Positions 56,648 to 64,000 of a DNA stretch of 64,000 nt are shown in pieces. Each line of letters starts with the position of its first letter. Positions within the stretch are counted from its first letter, which is position 1. This stretch comes from a virus (Duplodnaviria; Caudoviricetes). The notes beneath the pieces were generated by a model. It was not told the origin of the DNA. It saw only the letters and a list, made by a program, of their open reading frames with translations, and ran no database searches. The DNA is taken from the IMG/VR virus record IMGVR_UViG_3300020413_000004, positions 1 to 64,000 of that record. One strand, written 5' to 3'. A program made the translations under genes and the position numbers.

Positions 56648-57406
56648 TTAACCTATGCTAAATCCGTAGCCCATACCGCCTGGTATTGCTGTAGATACTT
56701 CAGACTCTAGTTTTTCCATCTCTTGTTGTGCTTCTGACTTTAGTGTGTCACCATTAAGTTGTCCACCACCTTGTGGTCCAGCTATTGTTGCAAACTTGCT
56801 TCTAGCTTCGCCTAACATGTATTTGCATGTTGCTACAGTATAGTCTTTCAACCATTGCTTTGCAAGGTAATCATCTAATAACTGCTCATCTGGTCTGTAA
56901 TTATAGCAAAATAAAAGTAAATCTTCTTCAGCTCTTGGACGTTGGAGAAGTGTAAGTTTTTTCGTAGTGCTATTCCATTTGAATTCTATAAATGATCCAA
57001 ACATTCTGCCTACTAATTCTTGGTACTGACTAAACATGTCATATGTAGCTAATCCGCCCATATTACTACTTGATAATAGATAGGTATTCGTATATGCCAA
57101 GTTAAATGGTTCGAATAGTGTTCCGCCGTCGCCTCCACCTGTCCTAGATCCTATGCTTCTTCTAAACAGTCTTCTTACTTCCATTATCTCACTTGGTAAT
57201 GTATATTCATTTTGATCTATAACAGTTGGCATAAAAAAGTAGGATTCTTCTACAGAATTATCAGAACGTTGTCTAAATCTTGTTAATGCTTTTGTAAGTG
57301 CAGTTTCATAGTGGTCGGGGTCTAACTCAACGTCAACCATACCGCCACCTAGCATGTTATATGCGTAATCAAACACTTCTTGCTTCTTAGTTGCTAATGT
57401 TGCCAT
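56648..57406 (-). CDS. neck protein (T4 gp13)
   Basis: LGG..VDVELD; WLKDY; SKF...GPQGG.QLNG. Confidence 0.85.
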   Translation of the reverse strand: MATLATKKQEVFDYAYNMLGGGMVDVELDPDHYETALTKALTRFRQRSDNSVEESYFFMPTVIDQNEYTLPSEIMEVRRLFRRSIGSRTGGGDGGTLFEPFNLAYTNTYLLSSSNMGGLATYDMFSQYQELVGRMFGSFIEFKWNSTTKKLTLLQRPRAEEDLLLFCYNYRPDEQLLDDYLAKQWLKDYTVATCKYMLGEARSKFATIAGPQGGGQLNGDTLKSEAQQEMEKLESEVSTAIPGGMGYGFSIG

Positions 57407-57424
57407 ATACTTCTGTCTCCGTAG

Positions 57425-57444
57425 TATTTATCGTTCGATAAATA
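57425..57444. promoter_or_regulatory. back-to-back late promoters (TAAATA on both strands)
   Basis: TATTTATCG-TT-CGATAAATA, a 9-bp inverted repeat between divergent gp13 and gp14. Confidence 0.7.
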
Positions 57445-58613
57445 TGTATATGCCGAGACTGTCTTTATACAAACCCGAAAAAGGGAAAGATTTCGAATTT
57501 ATAGATAACAGAATCTATGAGATGTTTACTGTTGGTGGAACTGATGTAAACATACACAAATACCTTGGTCCCAAGCAAGTAGATAGTGCTAACGCAACTG
57601 CGGATCAGCCTGCATACAACGCTGTAGCGGAAACAAATATACAAGATTTATTGTTTTTAGAAAATCGAGATAGAAAATATGATCAAGATGTATACACTAT
57701 AAGAGGTGTATACAATGTTGCAGATATAGACTTTAATTTATCACAGTTTGGACTATTTTTAAGTAACGATACGTTGTTTATGACTGTGCATATAAGCTCT
57801 AGTGTAAAAACTATTGGTAGAAAGTTGATGTCTGGCGATGTTATAGAATTACCACATCTGAAAGATGAATATGCATTAGATGATTTTTCTTTGGCATTGA
57901 AAAGATTTTATGTTATTGAGGAGGTAAGTAGAGCTTCTGAAGGATTTAGTCCAACATGGTATCCTCATTTATATAGAATTAAATTGAAACAAGTAATGGA
58001 TAGTCAAGAATATAAGGATATCTTTGATCAACCAGCAGACGAAGAAGTCCCGGGTGGAGATACACTACGTGACTTAATGTCAAATTACAATAAACAAAAA
58101 GAGATTAATGATGCTGTTGTAAAACAAGCAGAATCTGACGCAAAATCTGCGGGCTATGATACTACCAATTTGTTTACACTAGCTACAGATGACAATGGTA
58201 AAATCGATATTGTTACTACAGATACTAGTGAACTTGATGCAAGTGTAGCAACAGAACTAGCTGACAGAGTAATGCAAACACCAAAACGTACAGGATACGA
58301 TGGTTACTTAATTGGTGACGGAATAGCACCAAATGGAGAAGCATTTGGGCATGGTATTGCTTTTCCTTCAGGACAATCAGAAGGCGATTTCTTCTTAAGG
58401 ACAGATATGTTACCTAATAGATTATTTAGATACGATGGTAGAAGATGGATTAAACAAGAAGATAATGTTAGAATGACCATGAGTCAAACTGATTCCAAAT
58501 CTACACAAAAAGCAAGTTTTGTTAATAACATAAACACAAATAGCATTGCAGGGGAAACTGTACAAGAAAGACAAAGTTTAAGTAAAGCATTGAAACCTAA
58601 GGCAGATAACTAA
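57444..58613 (+). CDS. neck/head-closure protein (T4 gp14-like)
   Basis: DLLFLE, LSQFGL, GDVIELP; next to gp13 and gp15. Confidence 0.75.
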   Translation: MYMPRLSLYKPEKGKDFEFIDNRIYEMFTVGGTDVNIHKYLGPKQVDSANATADQPAYNAVAETNIQDLLFLENRDRKYDQDVYTIRGVYNVADIDFNLSQFGLFLSNDTLFMTVHISSSVKTIGRKLMSGDVIELPHLKDEYALDDFSLALKRFYVIEEVSRASEGFSPTWYPHLYRIKLKQVMDSQEYKDIFDQPADEEVPGGDTLRDLMSNYNKQKEINDAVVKQAESDAKSAGYDTTNLFTLATDDNGKIDIVTTDTSELDASVATELADRVMQTPKRTGYDGYLIGDGIAPNGEAFGHGIAFPSGQSEGDFFLRTDMLPNRLFRYDGRRWIKQEDNVRMTMSQTDSKSTQKASFVNNINTNSIAGETVQERQSLSKALKPKADN

Positions 58614-58885
58614 TGATTGACTTTATAATATTCGGTATTGTTGACAATGCTGTTGTGATACTAGGGGCTATGACAGGCCTAACAATAGAAAAATACTTAC
58701 CGAGTCAATTTCAAAAAGGACTCGGAGCAGTTGTTGGTGCTGGTTTAGGAAATGCAGTTAGTGACTGGCTAGGTGGTGCATCAACGCTAAGTTGGGATCT
58801 AGCTTTTGGTACTGCAATCGGATGTCTGATAGGATTAATTTTTATTCCCATATTTAGATTAATAGAGAAATGGTGGAAGAAGTAA
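58613..58885 (+). CDS. small membrane protein, TMEM65-like
   Basis: FGIVDNAVVI and GAGLGNAVSDWLG motifs; 3 TM segments. Confidence 0.6.
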   Translation: MIDFIIFGIVDNAVVILGAMTGLTIEKYLPSQFQKGLGAVVGAGLGNAVSDWLGGASTLSWDLAFGTAIGCLIGLIFIPIFRLIEKWWKK

Positions 58886-60352
58886 ATGCAACATTTTTAT
58901 GACGGACAAATTAGAAGATATCTAACACAAATAATAAGAATGTTAAGTAATTTTAGCTATAAGGATTCTGAAGAAAAACTTGTGCAAGTACCAGTTATGT
59001 ATGGAGATATGACTAGACAGGTTGCTTCTATTATTAATGGTAATTCGGAAAACAAAGTGCCGTCTGCACCTCGTATAGCTGTATATGTAACAGGACTTGA
59101 AATGGATACTGCGAGATTAGCAGACAGTAGTTATGTTAGTAAACTTAATATAAGAGAACGTGCTTACGATGAATCTGGTAATGAATATCTTAACACACAG
59201 GGAAAAAATTATACTGTTGAAAGATTAATGCCTACACCATATACTTTAACTGTTAATGCTGACATTTGGTCTACAAATACTGATCAAAAATTACAAATTT
59301 TAGAACAGATATTAATGTTGTTTAATCCTAGTTTAGAAATACAAACAACAGATAACTATGTTGACTGGACTAGTTTATCTGTAGTTAATTTAACCACTAC
59401 AACTTTCAGCAGTAGAAGTATTCCAATGGGCACTGAAACTGAGATAGATGTTGCAACTTTAGGATTTACAACACCTATATACATATCTCCTCCTACGAAA
59501 GTAAAACAGTTAGGTGTTGTAACAAATATTGTTACAAGTATTTTTGATGAATCAAAAGGAACAATAGATTTAAGGATGTCAATGCCTGAAATTAAAGCAT
59601 TTCAGGATACTAGTAGACCAGAAGCTGATATTAAGCCAAAAGTTTATATTGATGCAGATGGAGTTGAGCAAAGAGATTATGGTTATATGGACAATATTAA
59701 ACAAGATACTACGGCTGTTGTATCAACTACCTATAAGAACTACGATTTATTAGTACTAAACACAAGTTTGAAACTAATTGAAAATGGAATAGCAGGTAAA
59801 ATAACTTGGGATGAATATACACAAGCATTTAACCAACCATATCAGGCAGGAATTACACAGATAAGATTAAAGAGAAGTGATTTAGATAACGAGATTGCAG
59901 GTACAGTAACTATTAATCCGTTAGACGAATTTACAATGGTTGTAAACTGGGATCCTGATACATTGCCAACAGATACAATAATAGCAGGACCTACAGGTAA
60001 CAATAGTAAAATAAACTTTATAATAGATCCTTTAAAAACAAGTCCTGTAAATTTAAAAACAACAGGTATTAGGATCTTATTGTTAGATGAAAATTTAGGA
60101 GATGCTGGAAATACTGATGGTGCTGATGCATGGAAAAATGCAGATGGTTCCGACTTTGTTGCAAGTGCTAACGATATTGTAGAATGGGATGGTTCTAAAT
60201 GGAGCATTGTATTTAATGCAAGTGAAAGTTATGACCAAACCGTATATACTACCAACTTAAATACAGGTGTGCAATATAAGTTTTATAAGGGTGAATGGTT
60301 ACTAGCATTTGAAGGTGAATATCCACATGGCACCTGGAGACTAAAATTCTAA
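58886..60352 (+). CDS. tail terminator/sheath stabiliser (T4 gp15) with C-terminal extension
   Basis: FYDGQIRRY, VPVMYG, PTPY, QILEQILMLFNP. Confidence 0.85.
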   Translation: MQHFYDGQIRRYLTQIIRMLSNFSYKDSEEKLVQVPVMYGDMTRQVASIINGNSENKVPSAPRIAVYVTGLEMDTARLADSSYVSKLNIRERAYDESGNEYLNTQGKNYTVERLMPTPYTLTVNADIWSTNTDQKLQILEQILMLFNPSLEIQTTDNYVDWTSLSVVNLTTTTFSSRSIPMGTETEIDVATLGFTTPIYISPPTKVKQLGVVTNIVTSIFDESKGTIDLRMSMPEIKAFQDTSRPEADIKPKVYIDADGVEQRDYGYMDNIKQDTTAVVSTTYKNYDLLVLNTSLKLIENGIAGKITWDEYTQAFNQPYQAGITQIRLKRSDLDNEIAGTVTINPLDEFTMVVNWDPDTLPTDTIIAGPTGNNSKINFIIDPLKTSPVNLKTTGIRILLLDENLGDAGNTDGADAWKNADGSDFVASANDIVEWDGSKWSIVFNASESYDQTVYTTNLNTGVQYKFYKGEWLLAFEGEYPHGTWRLKF

Positions 60353-60365
60353 GATAACTATATAC

Positions 60366-60797
60366 ATGCAGAATGTAGTATGTAGTGGTGCATTATTTTA
60401 TACCAAAAAAACCAAAAGATTTCTATTTTTACATAGGACACAAGGTAAGCATAAGGACTTGTGGGGATTAGTTGGTGGCACTAACGAAGATAAAGAAACT
60501 CCTTGGACAGCATTGCAAAGAGAAATAAAAGAAGAAATTGGTAGTGTTGATATTAAAAAAACCATACCATTAGAAACTTTTATTAGTAACGATAATAAGT
60601 TTTTGTTTCATACGTATCTATGCGTTGTTGAAGATGAATTTATACCTTCCTTAAATAAAGAACATAATGGCTATGCTTGGACTAGTTTTAACAATTGGCC
60701 CAAACCTTTGCACCTTGGATTAAGAAATACTTTAAATAGTAAAATAAATTTAACAAAGTTAGAAACAGTTTTTAAACTGATAGACTTATTAGAGTAA
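60366..60797 (+). CDS. NUDIX hydrolase
   Basis: WGLVGG....ET....LQREIKEEIG Nudix box. Confidence 0.9.
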   Translation: MQNVVCSGALFYTKKTKRFLFLHRTQGKHKDLWGLVGGTNEDKETPWTALQREIKEEIGSVDIKKTIPLETFISNDNKFLFHTYLCVVEDEFIPSLNKEHNGYAWTSFNNWPKPLHLGLRNTLNSKINLTKLETVFKLIDLLE

Positions 60798-60800
60798 AAT

Positions 60801-61175
60801 ATGGAACAGACAAATTTAAAAGATGATGTAAAAAAATACGACTGGGGTAGTGAACTAACCTGGGCTAAAGGGGATAACTACACAGGCAAAATTTTAGTTT
60901 TTGAAAAATTACATGCAAAAACTTCTATGCAATTTTTCAAAGATAGTAACAAAACAATTTTTGTTAATAATGGTAAGTTTAAGATAAGATGGATTAATAC
61001 ACAAAATGCAGAAGTTTTTGAAACGGAGTTAGACGAGGGACAGACATTCGAATTTAAAGCATTAGTACCTCATCAAATAATTACTCTTTCACAAGGAGGG
61101 TCTATTACAGAAGTTGGTGATAAAACTGATGATAATAACATATACCATGTAGTAAAAGCGGATAATGTAGGATAA
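60801..61175 (+). CDS. cupin-domain protein
   Basis: DWGSE, TSMQF, VPHQI. Confidence 0.7.
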   Translation: MEQTNLKDDVKKYDWGSELTWAKGDNYTGKILVFEKLHAKTSMQFFKDSNKTIFVNNGKFKIRWINTQNAEVFETELDEGQTFEFKALVPHQIITLSQGGSITEVGDKTDDNNIYHVVKADNVG

Positions 61176-61450
61176 TGTTACCTAATTTAGCAAATAGTCA
61201 ACAAGTTCAAGAAAGTATACAAGACTATAGAAAAAAATCAGAATACCTTACAAACGATAATGCAAAAGAAATAGTAAACAAACTTATTAACGAATTAGAA
61301 GAAGAAGTAAAAATTATAGATCAAGCACATAGAATTAGAAGTGCCGGCGAATTAAAGCCAAATCTGTTTATGTCTAATAGAGAAAAAGTACACAATCTTA
61401 GAAAACAGATTATTACAATTTACAAAGAAAATAATATAATTAGATATTAG
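61175..61450 (+). CDS. hypothetical protein
   Basis: 91-aa ORF with TAATG overlap. Confidence 0.6.
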   Translation: MLPNLANSQQVQESIQDYRKKSEYLTNDNAKEIVNKLINELEEEVKIIDQAHRIRSAGELKPNLFMSNREKVHNLRKQIITIYKENNIIRY

Positions 61451-63066
61451 ATAGGCGATAGGCTTATAAGCCCATTCATATCACCGTGTGATGTACACTG
61501 ATATCTATAAACTGATCCTGCACCTGAAGGTATATTCCAATAAAGTGTTCCACTAGTCTTTCCTTGTGCAGAACTTCCTGTGCTTACTGTGCCGTTAGTT
61601 GTTACATGAACCAACCCTGTGTTATATGCAGATCCTCCTGAATCTTGTATTTGAAAAGGATGTCCTCCTGCACTAGATAAGTCAAATGCAAGTGTAGTAC
61701 CTTTAAAAGCAGAAATTGTAGGATTACTACCTGAATAGTGACTATTAAATGTATATGCACTTGAACCTATTGCGGCAACTTCTAGCATAGCAATAGCAGG
61801 GCGATATATTTGAGATACATCTAATGAAGCTGACGACACATCAGTTAATCCTGAAAATGAAGTTGCTCCTGATGATGACGTATTAGTTATGGTAATAGTA
61901 TCTGTACCTGCATTTGTAGTAATACTAATTCCTGAACCAGCTGAAAAGTTTAATGTATCTGTTGTACTATCTGCTTCAACATTACTTTGTCCAGCAACTG
62001 CGATAGTGTTAAATGCATTTTGATTTGCTTCTCCGCCGCCACCTCCTGATACTGTAGATGGTTTCCAGTAACCGTTTCCATTGTCCCACATTAGAACTTG
62101 TCCATCTGATGGCGCTACTGTGGTTGTGTTAACATCACTTAATGCATCCACACTAATAGCTGACAAGTTACTTCCGGATATAGATGTTAGATAACTTCCT
62201 AAGTCACTTATTTGGCTTTCAGTTATAGATAACGCTGACTGATGTTGTGTTACAGAAGTTTGTGTAATATTAGCATTAGGAACATTAGCCCAGGTAACTG
62301 CCGCTGTAAGATCGTTTATTTCTGCTGTTAACGCACCTATACCTGCCGCTGTAGGAGGCCTATATCTAAAAACTCCAGTAGTATTATCGTAAGATATTGC
62401 ACCGTCACCAAGTGGAGATAATTCAACACCTATACTTAAAGCTGATAGAGCTAGTATTGTAGGTTTATTGTTTAAGTTATTGTAGTCTAGATAATAAGAA
62501 CCGTCTTGACCGTCTAGTGTATCAGCATCAGTACCTGCACCGCCGGTAGTTGCATCTATGCCAGGAGCCCATTTGGCTCCATCCCATTTTAATACATTTC
62601 CTGATGATGGTGGTGATGAGGTTGTATCAACATCAGATAAAAAGTTAATACTATGTGCAGTCATATTAACAGTAACATTTTTAGTATCAGTTGCAACGGC
62701 TGTTGCTATATTAGTTCCGCCTAAAACGCTTAATGTGTCTGTTGACCCAGATGCTACAGCAGAACCGTCATCACTAGTTACAGTTTTAAATACATCACCT
62801 GCTCCGCCACTGCCTGATCCTGTATATGCAATAACAACTTTGTCACCTGTAATTGCTGTGCTAATATCGGTTCCGCCTTCAAGTGTAAACGAATCATTTA
62901 CTGCGTCGGCTGTGGTTGTACCTGTGTCAGCTAAGAAAGTTTTAAAAACAGTATTAGAAACTGTAGAATCTTTTATGGCCCAGCCTGTGCCGTTGTATTG
63001 CCAGGTTGTAGTTCCTTGAGTAAAAGTATCGCCATTTGAAGGAGTGCCTGGAAAATTAATTGCCAT
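61447..63066 (-). CDS. fibre/structural virion protein
   Basis: MAINFP N-terminus; G/S/T-rich repeats; LSDV..GQVL.W modules; C-terminal YQCTSHGDMNG. Confidence 0.75.
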   Translation of the reverse strand: MAINFPGTPSNGDTFTQGTTTWQYNGTGWAIKDSTVSNTVFKTFLADTGTTTADAVNDSFTLEGGTDISTAITGDKVVIAYTGSGSGGAGDVFKTVTSDDGSAVASGSTDTLSVLGGTNIATAVATDTKNVTVNMTAHSINFLSDVDTTSSPPSSGNVLKWDGAKWAPGIDATTGGAGTDADTLDGQDGSYYLDYNNLNNKPTILALSALSIGVELSPLGDGAISYDNTTGVFRYRPPTAAGIGALTAEINDLTAAVTWANVPNANITQTSVTQHQSALSITESQISDLGSYLTSISGSNLSAISVDALSDVNTTTVAPSDGQVLMWDNGNGYWKPSTVSGGGGGEANQNAFNTIAVAGQSNVEADSTTDTLNFSAGSGISITTNAGTDTITITNTSSSGATSFSGLTDVSSASLDVSQIYRPAIAMLEVAAIGSSAYTFNSHYSGSNPTISAFKGTTLAFDLSSAGGHPFQIQDSGGSAYNTGLVHVTTNGTVSTGSSAQGKTSGTLYWNIPSGAGSVYRYQCTSHGDMNGLISLSPI

Positions 63067-63229
63067 CTAGTTCACCGTATCTGTCGTGTAATTGTTCATG
63101 ATATTCCCATTCACCAGTCATATATTCAAGTTCTAATGCTAACATTGTTATTGCTCCTAGCAAATAAAACATCACCAAAAATCCTATAATAATTCCTTGT
63201 ATACCTAAAATAACTTTTATTTTACCCAT
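63056..63229 (-). CDS. 57-aa single-TM protein (not in ORF track)
   Basis: MGKIKVILGIQGIIIGFLVMFYLLGAITMLALELEYMTGEWEYHEQLHDRYGELDGN*; fills the gap between two genes. Confidence 0.55.
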   Translation of the reverse strand: MGKIKVILGIQGIIIGFLVMFYLLGAITMLALELEYMTGEWEYHEQLHDRYGELDGN

Positions 63230-64000
63230 TTGATTTAAATCCTATTGCAGTATTTATTACACTCACTCCTCCACGAGTAGTATAAGGTTGTCTATTATAC
63301 CTATTAAAAAGCATGTTATTAGAAGCACCCATTAAACTTGTGGTGGTATTTCCATAATCATTATCAGCACCTGTATCAAATATAACGTTTTTTGCGTCTG
63401 CTATAATTTTGGCTTTAAGTTGTGCGGGAGTAAGAGTAGGTTCAACTCCTAAATGTAAAGCACCTAGTCCACAAACTTGAGGTGATGCCATTGATGTTCC
63501 GCTGATACTCATAATTTTATAACTTGCATTGTCGGGGTGATTAACTGGAGCATATAGTGAATCATAAATATTTGAACATGCACTAACTATTGAACTTCCA
63601 GGTGCCCATATTTGCACCCTTGCACCTTTACTGCTAGATCCTCGTGGTCTATCTCTATATATTGAACCATCTAATTGTGCAGGTGAATCTATATTACCAA
63701 CAATAAATGCATTATCGCTATGAGGACTGCTTCCTCTATGATAGTAATACGTAGTAGAACCAAAAACTACAGTATTATTATAATCAGTTCCTGTTGAAAG
63801 ATCTCCTTTGTGATAATCGTTACCAGCCGCAATACAAACATGTATGCCATCTGATATCATATCATCTACTTCTGTATCAACAGAAGGTACCCTTAGTGGC
63901 ACTCTCCTTGCTGTTCCGCCACTAACTAATTGTGTAACTATTCCTGTGCTTGTCCATAATATAGTATTATCTGAATAATCTGTAGGCCAAGTCCAACCTG
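63222..64000 (-). CDS. subtilisin-family (S8) serine protease, 5' end outside the window
   Basis: AAGN oxyanion motif; APG; ISGTSMASPQV catalytic Ser motif. Confidence 0.85.
   Translation of the reverse strand, partial: GWTWPTDYSDNTILWTSTGIVTQLVSGGTARRVPLRVPSVDTEVDDMISDGIHVCIAAGNDYHKGDLSTGTDYNNTVVFGSTTYYYHRGSSPHSDNAFIVGNIDSPAQLDGSIYRDRPRGSSSKGARVQIWAPGSSIVSACSNIYDSLYAPVNHPDNASYKIMSISGTSMASPQVCGLGALHLGVEPTLTPAQLKAKIIADAKNVIFDTGADNDYGNTTTSLMGASNNMLFNRYNRQPYTTRGGVSVINTAIGFKSNG

Noticed and set aside
1-64000. Stop-codon recoding, tRNA genes, host contamination and antisense ORFs in the track (e.g. 35993..36469, 46283..46825, 62558..63019)
   Set aside because: Core genes are full-length in the standard code; no tRNA cloverleaf seen by eye; metabolic genes are interleaved with phage genes and phage promoters; antisense ORFs shadow well-supported genes

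Overview
A 64 kb piece of a large T4-like (myovirus) bacteriophage genome. The AT-rich backbone and the auxiliary genes suggest an aquatic host, possibly a proteobacterium (inference). Layout: (i) 1-6,000 is an early-gene island of small ORFs, visibly more GC-rich, each unit driven by a near-consensus sigma70 promoter and mostly using an unusual GAGGGC ribosome-binding motif. (ii) 6-11 kb holds auxiliary genes (2OG-Fe(II) oxygenases, pyrF, hemF, a small beta-barrel). (iii) Replication and recombination genes: gp41 helicase, gp61 primase, a 186-aa miniature DnaE, gp62-like, UvsW, UvsY, UvsX, gp32. (iv) A ~15 kb glycan region: kdsA, kdsB, four KpsS/KpsC-like transferases, GT-A enzymes, galE and methyltransferases. 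(v) Terminase gp17/gp16 split by a purine-scavenging operon and putative head-internal proteins, one with annexin and peptidoglycan-binding domains. (vi) Tail and neck genes gp4, gp19, gp18, gp13, gp14, gp15. The best candidate for a new system is a putative small RNA at about 5013-5144: two stem-loops each expose GCCCUCA, the complement of the early-gene GAGGGC motif, which suggests an RNA-based early-gene shut-off. Many late genes appear leaderless (TAAATA, 4-5 nt, ATG). All calls come from reading motifs by eye; no database search or folding program was run. No tRNA, rRNA or CRISPR array was seen.
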